A stretch of DNA of 64,000 nucleotides from Styela clava (taxonomy: Eukaryota), in assembly GCF_964204865.1 (NCBI RefSeq), contig NC_135253.1, positions 16,864,001-16,928,000 of the forward strand, in the 5' to 3' direction. A program made the position numbers and the translations under genes. Of the stretch, positions 1-14,820 are shown in pieces; position 1 is the stretch's first letter; the number at the start of each line of letters is the position of its first letter. The notes under the pieces are model-generated. The model was not told where the DNA came from, searched no databases, and saw only the letters and a list, made by a program, of their open reading frames with translations.

Positions 1-3000
1 AATACTATGAAAATATCATGACAATCCGTTGACACAAAAATGCGTGGTAAAGTGCCCGATTATATTTTGTTTTGATTCGTATTTTTGTGAATTCGACAAA
101 TCTGGGCTGTTCGTACAACACGGCGCCCCAGTACTGTACGTACCAATGTGGAGGCAGTAAAACAAAGAATCCCAAGGGAAAATACCCTGATACGTATACT
201 ACGGTAGCACCCGAAATTATGACTCGGGTTGGGAAACACTGGTTTAGACTCTAGAAAATGTTATTTGGTATTGAAGTTTCCTTGCATATATATATACATG
301 GGGTTTGCGATTAGGTTGTTATTGTGAAAATCATTTAGTTGAACTTCTTGAATTAAGATTAGATTTGGTACAAAAGACCGAGTTTAAAACATATTAAAAC
401 TACAAAAAGTTCTGGGAGGCCCCACTGAACGTTTCTGAGTTCTTGCACAATATTTTTTTTTTCATTCTAGTCCGTATACCTACAGCATACCTTCCCGGAC
501 GAGGGTGTTCTGCTCCAATAAACGTATTGAGAAGTGAATTCAATTAAAGATGTAGTAATCAGATGGGCATTCTAAACATTGTGTTTTTTGATCGATTAAA
601 TAAGGGGGGGAATAGATTTTGATTCACGAAAGCTACAAATCCACTAAATTAAACACCTACGCTATACACCGTTATCATTTGTGGCCAAAAACCGATTTTC
701 TGTTAACTGGGTGCGGGCTTGGAACGAAATTTCTTACAACCTGAAATAGCAATCAGAATTATTGTCAACAAGCGTCGGAGTGGCTTTTCGAATGACTCGG
801 GAGTTGCAAATTTTCCCAGACTCCAGTCTAGAACAACTTTTTAACTATACAAAAAGCACTAAATAACTATTACGTCGAATTCAAATACTAGTATTACGCA
901 AAATGTGGCCGATGTTCCATGACGGTCCAAAACACTTTTCAATTTCAGCAACTGAGTGTTTTTTTAACTTTAGGTACAAATTCTTTCCAGCCTTCTCCAG
1001 GTGGGGAGACAGAGCAAGATTTCTTTCATCTAATTCAAATTTAATAAGCGATGTCAACATTTTTTCGCGCACTAGTTAAAAATTGAAAACCACTTTGTAA
1101 CATTTGCATTTATTCATTTGTGGAACAAAAATCTACAATCTAACGTTTGAAACTACGATTGTTAACCCAAAAGTGCATAAAAACGTGGAGCGATTATGTG
1201 AAATCGATGTTGTCGAAAATTGGCGAGGGATGATGATAATTGTCAAAGACACCCGAGACCCAAACGGTTATTCATTAAGAAATAGGCCTACATTACATAA
1301 ACAATAACTTGTTCTTCAATTCTAGACATTACCATATATGAAAACGCATGCTCATCTATACAAGGGTGTATGGAAAGAAACAAGCAGCTTCTACTGAAAA
1401 TGGGTGAAAAGCGCTGTACACTTGCAGTAACTGCAAGGTTGTGGACCATAAATAGACAGCAATTGGCGTACAGCAAAGTTGCTAATAAGACATCAGAAAC
1501 CGACACAATATATTAAATTGCAGAGTTTCCCCGAGAACAATTAATTTCCAATGCGTGTAGTGTGTACCTAGTTTCACAGTAAAAATCATTGCATGCACAA
1601 TTATATCGACATATCGAGAATCAGTTGTTGCAAAACGATCTATATGCGGAAATTTTTCTCGGTGAGTAATAGAATGAATCATTTGGAACTGTGTACTAAA
1701 CATTGATTTGTATCATTCGTGCAATCATATGGTCTATATGTTAGCCATTGCTTGGCCATCACCATAACAAACAAATCCACACAAAAGATTGACAAAATGT
1801 TTCTATCTAGCAGGTTAGTAATGAGCATATGAATGAATTCAGTACGATTCGATTTCAAACCAGACCAGGAAACGAAAACGTCAGAAATAGCAGCATCGGA
1901 ACTTGTGTGTTGGAACGAAATTATTCTGACCATTCATGCCTCAATGATTTTCCTTATTGGCAGATTTAGAATCACACCACCGTCAGCTAGACTACACAGC
2001 CTATGTTAGAGAATTAGATTCCATTACCAAATTACAAAATAGCACATGCATAGAATCATGGATATATATACATGAAGAATTAGAAATGTTGAGAAATACG
2101 CAGACAAATCGGCTTCAACTTATTTTTCAATAGGAGCAAAGGCATCATAGCGGTGCAAATAAAGAAAATAGCATGTGCAGAAACTTAGGCATGTTGACAA
2201 CTGAAACACCTTTAATAAAGAAAAGGGGTGCATTGCAGAATATGTGTGAATTAGTGATTCAATCTAGTGAAAATGACGTATAAAATAACACACTACGAAA
2301 CCTTTTCAACAAGATAGGTTTCAAATCTCAAAAATATGTAGTCAAAGAACTCCTGAAGACCATGAACAATGATAAATTGAATTGAAAAAAAACTTTTAAC
2401 CAATTGTTTAAAACAAGTTCGCATGCCTACATTTTTAAAAAAGACCTGATTGAACTCAAATTATTATAGCTAATGAAATGTGCAAATTGTTTAGATCAAT
2501 TTTTATGATTATGATGTATTCGAAAGAAAATATATTCCTGCTAATCATATAGAATATGATTTTCTTATTTACCCAGAGGGAAAGGCAAGTCGCCCTCAAT
2601 AATATAGCTCAATAATATCATGATCCACGTCATCCCACCCATATAGCCATGAACTTTGGTTCATATAGATGTTCATGTTAAGAAATGTGATTGCTTGTTA
2701 TTGAACTTTGAAATGAATAATACCAGATCACATAATAATCTTCAAAATCGGATTTTTGTTTACCAGATTTGTATATCATATAAACCTAAAATCTATATTT
2801 TATACATTTAACCAATCAAATGAAATTTACAACAAGCTGCAATTGCAGATTAGCAACTTGTCGATAAAAAATGTCACAAGAAATAATTGATCTACTGTTA
2901 ACATAAGATACTTTTCACATTTTATAGAGTCATCTGCCATATATTTACTGTTTTACTAAGGCAGCGTTCGAAATCCTAAAGAAAATACAATTATTCAAAT

Positions 3001-3881
3001 ATAATTAGTAAAACTGAATAGTGCTGAATTTTTGCAAACGAAACCTATTTGTTTGCATGCTCGCTAACTTTTCAGAAGTAGCCACCATCCTGAATGGAGT
3101 ATCTAAAACTTCAAGAAAACTATGTTCGTATGCCCTGTGTAATGAGTAAGCAACTGCCAATTTTTTATATCCATAGTGGGAACTTGCACAGTATCCTAGT
3201 GCAGCATACTTTTTACAATTATACAAAATAAATGTAAAACTTGAAATTAGAAAATGAAACTTAAATACTAAAATTAAACATTAATGTACATGCATAGTGT
3301 GAATCTAATATTGCCTACCACACTGTTAGAAAAATACATTTGAATTACTTGAATATCCGTACAGTGATACATCTCACATAAAAAATTTTCAATCCAAAAG
3401 TTCCTAGTCCAAGAAGATTTAATTAGAGAACAATTTCACGAATATAGATAAATGTACTGATTTTTCTAACAGTGTAAAACTATGTGTTAATATCTTAAAA
3501 AACACAGCGACATATATAATTATAAATATATACATAGACTAAATTCTCATGTTTCTATCATATCTCTATTAAATTAAAACGATAGAATTATTGAAACATA
3601 ACCTTAATTAAAGCTTGACTGTAAAAAGAGTGCAAGTAAACAATTTACAATAATATTGTGAATCCTCGATAATTACCTAGGCCTGAGAATAAGCTGAAGA
3701 TATTTTTCATAGTGGCAAAATATTGCACAACTAAATTATTCATCTGAGGATCAAATAGAACTTATTGTTTTAATCTCATGGACAGGAAAGCATTGAGATG
3801 TCCTAACATATTATAAATCTTGTCTGCCTACTAGTCCAGAGTATTGGAAGAAGCCGGGCCAGTCCTGGTATTGACAAGCTG

Positions 3882-3998
3882 TCCCGCCTGGTAGATTTCA
3901 ATGTCCCGGTCATGTAGTATGGCAGCTATGAATATATTTTTATTTAAAATGAGTACAAATTTGTTTATTTCAACGAAGCTAGTCCACTTATCACTGAC
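3882..3998. repeat. Dispersed repeat fragment (second copy ~22809-22928)
   Basis: Shared block GCCT(G/A)GTAGA..AATGTC(C/T)CGGTCATGTAGTATGGCA and AGTCCA..TCACTGA at both loci. Confidence 0.7.
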
Positions 3999-4229
3999 TG
4001 ATAGAGAACGTACTGCTTCATTGCTATCCACCCAAAAGTGCGAAAATTTTTGAATAACCTTTTAAATTGCCAGCCTCTCGGGTTCATCTCCTTCATAGTC
4101 AACAATAGGCACAAAAATAATACCAGAGCCAGGGTGTATAAAATTGAGTAAGACTAAGATTTTTAACTATGCATTGTGAGGTGCATTTAGTATTGCAGCA
4201 ACAGTGTTTTTAAATATTTAGGATTCATT

Positions 4230-7200
4230 TTATCTGATAAAACTTCTATATAAATATCGTATTCTGTTATAGTAGTATGTAACTTCACGACGAAACTCGA
4301 CACATGCCCCCATTGTGGGATTCATTTGGCAAAACACTGCTGATATCAAGAGGCTGATGAGAATGATAAGAACACAAACCAAGAAAAAGAGAAGAAGATT
4401 CGTCATTGAGTTATCTGAAAAACAAATTTATGGATGAACGTTCGTCATACTTAAACAAAGTAGGGACAAAATAACAACAAGCATAGCAAATTTATCAGCA
4501 GTTATTCTAATGCAAATTTAAAAGTTATCAGCAAACAATTGATCATCATTCAAAGGCAGGGTATTTTAAATTCCAGACAGGGATAGCCGAAACCCAATAA
4601 TGTACTATAATGAATCCATTCCAAAAAATATGTAATATCGAATATTATAAATTGAGTCAATAGAGAAATGCTCATAGTTGAGCAAATGTAATTTAGAATA
4701 AAAGTATCTGGTATTACAAAAAAAAATCATGTAAAATATGCACTTATAGACTTTCACTAACACTGTCAAAAATGAGGTCTATTTTTAGTTTGAGCATCAG
4801 ATCATGAATGCTCGAAATGACAAATTTTCAAATAAAACAATTCGAAGTCCTTAAAATTATGAATTTACTGTATCAAATGCATCCAAATATCGAATTTTTT
4901 GAATCTTTGATTCATGTTGGACATCCCTGATTGCGGGTTTCCCTTCATTATCAAACAGTCGACACAAAAGTAAATCAACAATATGGTATTTCCACAACTC
5001 GAAAACTGACATGCCATATTTTATCTTCAAAGAATTTTTATCATACGAACAATGGCATGTTATTTCCCAACATTCATGATGCATGCTAATAACCACAATA
5101 GCAATATTTATCAAAGGAAATTGCAAGTAAGGCAAGGGGTATGAAAACAAAAGAGTCTCTCTCTCTCTACAGGTCAGTATTCACCAACAAATATAGAGGT
5201 AATAAATGCAATATAGAACATTCTACTATTTGAAAAAGTCTCCTAAATTTTATTTTAGGTCACTGGGAACTTATACTTAATCACAGGTAAAAATTAGTTA
5301 AATTTACCGGTTTCACCTTCATCTCTCAATCTGACCATTTGTGGTAGAGGATCAGCAAATGTTACTCTTCTTTGCTGCTCTGGTGCTGTTGTTTCACTAT
5401 TCTGTTGAGTCATGTTATCATCCGAAGCTCTTTTCTTTAAAATTGACCTCGTTCGTTTGAGCGGCCTATAATTGTGAAATAGTTGAAATTTTGAATTGAT
5501 ACTTCATTTTTTATTACCGTTGATTAAAGCATACCGGAAACCAGAAATCTCCGAAACCGAATATTCCACTATTCCAAACACATTCTAAAGCAGGGGTGTG
5601 TAACATTTTTTGTCTGTGGGCCATAAAACCAACTTCAGACATCTAGCTGGGCTAAACAAAAAAATTCAAGTTTTTCTATGTACATAACGAATGACAGTAA
5701 TAGAGGCACCGGGAAAACAGCGAAAATTTAAACGCAGTAACAAGAGCAAAAAAACGTATGTATGTTACCCATGTGAGCGTCATTTCAAACATAATGCCGC
5801 CCGTTGCACACCCCTGTTCTAAAGTAATCATTTATAATATGAAATATATTATAAATTAGGTCATTATTAACAATGGCTAAAATACAAAAAATGTTTTGCA
5901 TATTACCAAACAAAAACAATAAGTTAAATTTTACTAATTTGGTAACAAAGTTATTCCTATTATTTAGTAAGTAGTTAAAGTGTAATATTAATTAAAAAAT
6001 GGGACAGTTAAAGTCAGAGTTTAAAATACAACAGTCAACAAATATATAAACCCTAATATTGATATACATCAAAACATACTTTGCTCCACCACTCTTTTCT
6101 GTGCTTTTGACATTTTTTCTGTAAAAATAAAAAATAACATCCAATTATAACAAAAATTTAAAGTGAAAATCAAAATCTTAATTTTGTTATTTCTATTTTT
6201 ATCAAATTGTTTAATAATAAGGTCTTGGCTGCCTCCCTTATTTCATAACTTTCATAACCATGGACCAGCACAATTCTGATTGTTGTCAGCTGGGAACATA
6301 GTTCTCCATACTTTGAATAATTCAATATGGCTGACATTTTGGTCTCAGTCACCAGATTGTCGTTATAGCAAATAAATCGGCAATCCAGAAGTGTGCTTAC
6401 CACAATATGGAGGTAATTTTGTTCGCCTACTTTGCAACAAGTTGTGCAGAGGGACTGAAACCTATGGACAGGGGGTATACCCCAAGCTTGTATTAGAACT
6501 AAAATAAGGAACATCAGAATAAAATTAAGGCGTAACCCTAACCTGACACACACACTACGGGAGTACTAAGAAATCTACTGACACAACAGAACCCAGATGG
6601 CAGTTTGAATCAGGCAACAGATCAAAATCTAAATATGAAGTGCCATTGTATGCAACCAGTAAAAAGTCTTGAGAATTACAATACAAGGCGAAGCAGTATT
6701 ATTATATATATTAGAGCAGAATTTTTCAAGTACATACACACGCCTAACCTACTACTAAAACAATAAATTGAAGGACATGCTTGTATAAGACAAGGATACG
6801 CTTGTATAATATATTTGATAATCAATAAAACCTACCTATGTCGCAATAATGTCTCTTCTATTTCAAAAGGTGATGATATATTGGATTTATTCTGCAATTA
6901 AAATACATTGATTTATGAGTGTGTAAACAAATGCTGTAATGTAATGCTTGTTTGTAACATTTCTTATATTCAATTTCTGTACAGAATTAGATCAAAAACC
7001 TATGCAATTCACAGTATGCTCATACATTTCCCAAAAATCGAATATTTGTTAAGATAATTTCAACTTTAAACAATTTGATCGAAACCACAAATGATAAGCC
7101 TTATGTATCTAGTAGAAGTGAAATAATGTTTGCCAAAGACAGATAAAACAGTTATCACAAATTCAATCTGACGGTTATCGTGTAATTACAATTGTTACAC

Positions 7201-9200
7201 AATTGCTGTGAAAACTACAAAAAAATGTTAGCGTTGTTTATCTGCACTGCAGCCAGTGCCATAATAAAATTCAAAATTTTATTGTTACATCCAAGTAGAA
7301 GCAAAAAATAAATCGTCAAGTTCCAAATTACCCCTAAATTAAGTTGTTCCATTGATTCTGAATATTCAAGTTTTCCAGCTTCAGCGTAAACCGATGTAAA
7401 CTGTTCAAAACTTTTCCTTGTTTTCTGATGATCATCTCCATATTCATGCATATACAACAATGTTGCTTTTCCACTATACTCTAGCGCCAATCCAATACTG
7501 CAATAAATTACATATCTTGCATACTACATCAACTTTAAATAACTGGGCATTATTAAGTATGATTTCACGAGTATGGCCATTGGGTGTGTCCTCAAAATGA
7601 ATCAAATACATTAAAAATTAGTTATATAGGATACAATGCAGTCTTAAAAATAATACATTTAGTTAGAAATTACAAAGTTTAAATATTACTGAAAATTTCA
7701 AAATAGCTAAATTAGTATTGATAACTGTACAAAAATAGAAAGCCGACCATAATTTCTAAATATTACAAAATCTAGATATTTCATAATGTTCTCTCTTATT
7801 ACCAAGCATTTTCATATCAGAATTCATCAACAATATCAAATGCTTGGTATAATAATTTACTTAATCTGAATTTATTTGGTCAAAGTCCATGATTCTATCT
7901 TATTATTACCACAAAGAAAGTATATAACATACTAACATAACCTACATAATAAAGGAAGGACATTATTCTTCAATATACAGAAACAAAAATAGCAGTTCAG
8001 CTTTATTACTACTCTACCATTATTTCATTCAATTTGTTTCCGATAAAATAATTAGAATCTTTCTGATCAGTTTTCCAAAACAAAAATTTAAATACAATAA
8101 TGACAATGGTTTGAGTTATATATCAAACCATGTAATTTTAGCAGTTTGTCTGATCAAACAACATCAGATAAATTTTTAATCATATTACAGAAATTGATTA
8201 TTCATCAATAAATAAATCATCAATTACGAACCATTCCTGTTGCAAACATAATTTTGCAAGTTGTTCATATTCTGATGCTCGTTTTGTATTCGGACTTTTC
8301 GCATCAGATGACTCCCAGTCCGATTCGTCATTTATTTCGGAAGTAGAATCTTGAATTGAACTTCCTGATGCCTCGCTTGATCCATCGCCACGATCCCTTG
8401 TTGACTGTTCATCAGACTCTAGAGAGAGCAACAAGAGAGCAATGCACAACTATATTAACATGGAGTAATACAGGTATTATTCGTCACACGGTACGGATGA
8501 TCGAAGTTGAAACTTCGATTGACTTCCAGATCGCAAGCGTGAACAAACTTGTCAAATTGATAATATTAATCATGATTTTTTTCAAAAAATATTCAAAGTT
8601 TTCAATTAATGTTTCCTTTTTACAATAAAACAATCATTTCAACACATTCAAATATTTCTTAAAAACTAAACTTTATAAAACATTACTTCATTGAAATTTG
8701 TCATTGATAATAGTGTCACCGTAACTTGTTCCTATGTCAGTCAAAAGATAGGTAAAATTATTAACAGTAAATTAAATAAGAAGTTGAATATGAAAAAAAA
8801 CAAAGTTAACCACATTGCAGCATTACGGTACCTGAAGGATCTTTCATTAATAAACCATCCAATCCATTGTGTAGTAAAACGGTTTCATAATAAAGTTTTT
8901 CAAATTTTTTGAAAGACAATGCATTATCCATATCTCCTTTCTCACTATAGCATGATGCAATATTTTGAAGACATTTCGGGAATAATTCCGAGGTCAGCCC
9001 CAAACCTTGATTGGACAGCTTTTTCATGCACCCCTAAAAGTAATAAAAATAACTAAAATGAGTAAATTATTGTTGCTGATAACAACGAAGTTTCTTAAGT
9101 GTACCTGAAATTTTTCAATTGCAACATCGAAATCTTTGTCACACAAAGCTTTTTCGCCAGCCTCAAAATCATCAATTCTGCTGCTATCTTCGGAATCCAT
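4230..9200 (-). CDS. CNST: Consortin-like protein (~362 aa, 8 coding exons: 9200-9105, 9033-8832, 8418-8232, 7497-7332, 6891-6836, 6118-6080, 5465-5308, 4414-4230)
   Basis: All introns GT-AG with consistent phases (1089 nt total). N-terminal helical block FPKCLQNIASCYSEKGDMDNALSFKKFEKLYYE resembles consortin LPQCLHQIAESYF..ERLYHE. SILK and RRVTF PP1-docking motifs present. C-terminal TM followed by a Cys-containing tail (AVFCQMNPTMGACVEF..YY). Confidence 0.8.
5591..5816. mobile_element. hAT-family MITE (226 bp) in a consortin intron
   Basis: TIRs CAGGGGTGTGTAAC / GTTGCACACCCCTG; perfect 8-bp TSD TTCTAAAG at 5583-5590 and 5817-5824. Confidence 0.9.
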
Positions 9201-11734
9201 TGGATTGCTGAATTTCCAGACTTCAGGACTTTGCAGTCGGGTCAACAATATTCGGGAATAAAATTCTGCTACAAACTTTAGTATTGCTAAATTACAGTTG
9301 AGGAAAATAGATTTTTTAAAAGCTAAATTGCTGAACAGCTGTTGCAAACAAAGCCTGGCAGGCTGACCGACAACTCGACTACACCGACAACTCACCGTCT
9401 ATGACTGCTGGACATGTCCTCTGTATGAGAAGTTCTGAATTACCAGTCCTGCAGTCTGCCAGTACCGGTACCGGTACCGTAACGGAACTGTACCGGTATC
9501 CTACTCTGACTGTAGGGTACCGTATGTATTGTAAAAGATCTTGACAAAACTGATTTAGTATTTACTTATTTACCAATACAGTAAGGGGAACCCCATCACT
9601 ATAAAACGATTTCGATACACTGTACCGGAAACTCGCCTTGCAGACTTTTCAGAATTATTTTTTGTTACGCCAACCAATCACCTGCGAAAGCAATACAACG
9701 GTATGCAAATGTATGTTTTCCAGAGTCGCGACTTTTTTGTTTAGCCCTATGCTATGCCTATATAATACTGTTGTCCAGTCAGTAATACCACAATGTCTAT
9801 TTTTGCGTTAGCTCTTACACATTTTCCATTCGACAAATTTCCAAACATGGTTCTTTCAGAATATTGCCTTGTTTACGTTATTTTGACTGTCACTTGACAG
9901 CTTTTAAATTATGTTCCGAATATAGATTTTATGAATCAGAGATGGCCAACACGTCTTGAGTAGATCGCGTATGATGTTGGATTAATTTAATAACATAACC
10001 CGAAAAATTGCCCAAAACCAGTTTTATGCAGCGCCTGTTGTGTAATTTTAAAACAGAACGAATGCAGTACTGCATATGCGCAAAAGATTCGAGAAGTGAC
10101 CGCCGTCGCGTGCGGACGTGGCTACCTCGAACCGAAGATATGCATTCGAGAAGTGAATCCCAGACTTAGTGACATCAATAAACAAATAACATAAATAGCA
10201 GATTTTTTAATGATGGACTGGAAATGTGCAACATGGGTGCAAAATGGAAGATTTGGTGATGGACGAAATTATGCTCTGCTCAAATATGGAGAAGACCTGA
10301 TATACAAATGTTAAACCGTAAATATATACTTCTACGGTTAAACCAGAGCCATTATATAATGGTGGGGGTATATATTTACGGTTAAACTGCACGAACCGAT
10401 ATTTGAAAATTCACAATCGATTTTTACATTGGTGTGTTAACGTTTTAGTAGATTTTACTAGATATATGTTTGAGCGTGGAACGGAAACATGCATTCGCAC
10501 CTCATTCTAGGATTTTTCGGACTGTTTGTTTACATGCCGCATCACACGCACAGCGGATATTTAATTCACTGTTTTGTCTTTGAAAAGATTGCACGCAACC
10601 TGATTACCAAGTGAAACGTCTGAGTAATGACTGCCGTCAATATTCATGTTTATTTGTTTGTGTTTGTGACTCGTTTTCTTTTTTCTTTGGTAAGTGAACG
10701 CGTTTAATACGTTTTAAACCTATTTTATTAGGTTTTGTTCACTTTCCAGATTCTTCGCCTTAATCTTTTGTGTATATGTGTTTATTTTGTTTTTGCGAAT
10801 GAATCGAAATAAAATCTTGTCTTATCTTAAAATACGATATACACATACAGTAGTTGAGTCTGAGCAAGCCCGATAGCTCATATTGTTACGCGTAACAAAG
10901 TTACTGCGTAAATGTAACTCCAAGAGTAGTCGCAAGAAGACATTGGCACCCAACATGTCCAATTTTTTATAATTCCAAGCGAGCGAATAATCGGATTTAA
11001 AGAAAATTGTAAATTAGATACTGAACATTGAGCAGTCATGTAATATTCATGGTTTGACATATTTATTTTCAACTAATAAATGATGAAAACTTAGTCCAGG
11101 TACAATTATATAATCAAATTACTGTACTAAATTGAATGAAACATAAAATACAGAAATTGTTTGTAAAAACACATTGTTTTTATATATATATGGAAAAAAA
11201 GTAAAGAATGCATGAATTTGAATATGAAAATGTCAATTCAAAAAATGGGCAGCAGATATGCCGAAATATCCAGTCAAATGTATAATTTGGGGGAGAAAAA
11301 ATCTTATGGGATAGCTTAAAAATCGAAACGAATGGCCGAACGAGGAAGTGCTCATCGACCAGGGCCGGGCATTTCAAATCGAATTGTAAATTATTCGAAT
11401 TGTTTCAGACAATAATTTAGAATCGCCGTCATCCTCCATCTTGCTTTTTGTTCGACAAGGGTCGAGTGAATCTCTCAATTTTTTCATTGAAGCAACATGT
11501 TTACAGTGCAATTCTGCTATATATGACTCTTGTTATTAGTGAAATAAATATGTTTCTTATTTTGTATGAATACTCAGCGAACTGTCTAAGTAATAAACTC
11601 TATTTTTCAATAATTTATGTGTCTGAAAGATTCATAATAATATAAAAAAAAAATCCCATACAATTACAAGCATTCGAGCTATGCTCGAGAAATCGACCAA
11701 CAAACTTTAAATACAGGGCGTCGCTGCAAAATAC

Positions 11735-14455
11735 TTAAAATATATTGTTTTGGTGGTCTGGTAAATCTAATTTGTGATTGAGTACAACACCAAATTTTTT
11801 TCTCAATATACTTATAATGTCTTCATCCTCTGGGATAAGCTTGGTTGTTTTTGTTTCTCGATAATCATCAACATATTCTTTTCCGAGATAATTTTTGCAA
11901 ATCAATGCTTTCATTCCCAAAGCCGTCTGAAGAACGCAGAATGATATTTGTCTGAATTCGCTATTTTCATTATCTTGGGAAGCATCAATGTTTATCTGAA
12001 AATCTTCAATTTTGGAATTAGATGCTTGCAATGGAAATCGGAATCTACCATTCCATTCTAGGCCTTTGACTTGTTTGAGGTCGCCAACAGATTCTAAAAA
12101 ATATGAAACAGACATGTTATGCCAGTGGTTCTTAACTTTGTTAGTATCACGAACAAATTAATCAAATACTGTTGTGAAAATACTTTAAAAGCCGATTGAA
12201 CTACAATTCATTTTCACAAACCAGTGTGCGTTATAAATAATAAATAAAATTCTTACGATCCTAATGATCATAAATAAAGAAATAATCAGAAAAAATAATC
12301 AGGATGATGAGTAGAAATCAACGCATGTGTTGAGGAATGAAATGGGAAATAATTTTATAGTAGCAATGTCGGTCGGGACAGCCAAACGCCCTGTCATTTA
12401 AAAATAGAAAATTATTTAAAATTCGGCCAATCCCGAATTTTTTGCCAATATCGATTCCAGTGCTACAATCTCTACATGCCCGCACACGTCATGCTTGAAC
12501 ATTCAGACAGTAGAATACAACCCTATATGATAAATATATATATCCTGATTTTTCTGCAAGTTGTTTTGTGACTGAATAAGTGGATTAATAAACTCAGACT
12601 ATTTATTGTACTCTACAAATCTTCCACACTCTTCCAATTACCTTGATGCAACAATAATAGAAAACCATTGCATTAGTGTGGCCAGGTGTTTTTAGTTCTG
12701 AATTTTCTCTTAAGTCTTTCTCTTTTTAATCTTTGATTAAAAAATTTTATCGACAAGTTATCAAGTTCATTTATATGTATATATATTCACATTTAACACG
12801 AGACGAAGTGAAGTGATCAATCCCGAACTCTGTATCCCTCATAGAACTTATTTGCTTATTAAACATTTTAAAATTAGTTATCAAGTCGGCTTTGTTGGTA
12901 CACTATCATCATTTTACTAAATTTATTTATAGCTATACTCTACCTATTTCCTTTACGTCGATAACGGTTCTTGATAATTTTTCTACATAAAAATACCAAT
13001 TCTTTTCTTCGTTACAAATTTTTTTTAGAACTCTTGCTTTTGTGTTTCTTTGGTCTTGGGGTTCTTCTGTGTCCAAATCCAAAGGAAGTGCTAGTGAGCT
13101 CACGTCAGCGATTTTTTGTTTACCGTGTGGAAATTCTACCTATGAATATGAGCAATAAACAAAATAAATCATCATTAAATACAACTCTACCCAGAACCCG
13201 AAAACTACAGCCAGAAACTAATAAAAACAACTTCTTGTTGTCGGGCTCTACGAGTTTCTTTGTCGTTCAAGATAAGCGGAAATTTTATACCGATATATTT
13301 AGAGTTAGCTTCGTCTAATTCTAGTAGCCTGATCGTTTTTATCAATAAGCAAAGTGAAATCACGAGGACAAAATAATTCGAAGAATAAATAGGGTTAATT
13401 TGCAATCACTATATTAATTTAAATTTACGTCATCAGTAAACAACGTTAAAATTATGGAGCTCTAGAAGTATGTGCACCAAGATGGCGCACAGCCTGAACA
13501 TAGTATGTGTACCAGTTTTTGGTTCAGGTTGTGCGACACTTCGGTGCACATACTTCAGGAGCGCCACAATTATTCATGGCATATCAAATGAAGTAACTTA
13601 CAACTAATGTCAAGTGACCACCAATTAAACCATCACTTGATTGACGGTTTGAATTTGAAGCCATTGTACTTTCGGCTCTTATAACGTTGACCTTGAAACC
13701 CAGTTCTTTTAAGAGCCAGTTGAACATAGCATTAAGTTCATAACACATTCCGCCAACTCTGTCCGTAATTATTTTCCTGTAAAAATTAATGAAAATAATT
13801 CGACTATTTATCCCGGTGATGCCATCGAAATTATAACAGACTAAATTAGTTTTCAGTACAATTTAACCGCAAGTGTTCAAATTCTTTGCCTTATTACAAG
13901 ATGTGGAATTTGAAGCGGTCAAAGCCTGAAATGCGAATTCTTCATTCCTAATTCTGAACTGTTTTATTTCAGTATGGCGATTGCGACGGCTTTTCACAAG
14001 CCAAATACGATTCCAAAATGGTCACACATTCCGCAATTGTAAGAAAAATTTATCCATGTGTTGTTTGGCGTGTAAAATGCATTAGGGGAAAGCATTTCGG
14101 CTGGTGACCAATTTTTTACACCAAGTAGTAGCCTAAAATGCCATAGTCGCTGAAATACTTTGACAGGCAAACGCGTTGTTATTCGTCGATTATGCAGAAG
14201 TATCCCCACTGCATCGTCAAAATGTTTACAGACCGCAGAAATGTGCATAGGTAAACCAAGAGCAGCTGCGATTATTTGTACTTACCTGTATATCGATTCT
14301 AATTTCACGACCTTTCTTTCTCCACTGCCAAATAAATCCAACGTATAAAACGGAACATGTGTAACGTGAGCCCAACACAATTCCTTCAAAACTTCCTCAG
14401 TTGGATTTTTTGGACCCGAATATTCAATTCTTGCTAAATAGTCATCGACATCCAT
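11735..14455 (-). CDS. Arylamine N-acetyltransferase family protein (~299 aa; exons 14455-14286, 13776-13602, 13139-12944, 12093-11735)
   Basis: MDVDDYLARI start, HVTHVPF motif, and catalytic triad in GGMCYELN (Cys), GGHLTLVV (His), KIADVS (Asp). C-terminal LRKKFGV. GT-AG introns in phase (900 nt). Confidence 0.88.
13455..13566. mobile_element. Short palindromic MITE in NAT intron 2
   Basis: Inverted termini TGGAGCTCTAGAAGTATGTGCACC / GGTGCACATACTTCAGGAGCGCCA plus inner inverted match CAGCCTGAAC / GTTCAGGTTG. Confidence 0.75.
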
Positions 14456-14618
14456 GTCTGTATCTCTCCAATACGTCCGAGGATAAATATGCCTCCCGAT
14501 GTTACCAAACTGGGTTTACTTTGTACGGTACCTGTAAGTTAATCATTGTTCCGCCGGTGACAAAAATATTTGCTTTATTCATACCGGACGGTAACCAAGT
14601 AACGAAACCCCCTTACTT

Positions 14619-14820
14619 GGCTCGGCGGTGTGGCGCATCATGCCAAGCGTCGGGAATACGCTCGCCATCGCACCTCCGATTACCCTGGGTTCTGACCCTC
14701 TCAGGGGCTACTCATGCAAGAGAGGAATGTTAAGACTCCCAGCTGTGGCAGGTTCACGCGACCGCTGGTCGGTTACGGCTCCCTCATAACGTCTATGCAT
14801 CCGAAAACAAATCGCAGGAA
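14619..14820 (+). mobile_element. Degenerate tRNA-derived SINE (5' part)
   Basis: GC-rich island with A-box-like TGGCGCATCATG (14631) and B-box-like GGTTCTGACCC (14688); no full cloverleaf. Confidence 0.55.

Noticed and set aside
10560-10760. Divergent small gene opposite consortin (GTAAGT donor ~10691, TTCCAG ~10749)
   Set aside because: No ORF or further exons found; cannot be supported without transcripts.
12642-12697. Extra NAT exon with AG/GT boundaries
   Set aside because: Including it would shift the frame of the last exon; exon 3 joins exon 4 in phase without it.
14619-14720. tRNA gene
   Set aside because: Degenerate A/B boxes and no cloverleaf; better explained as a SINE head.
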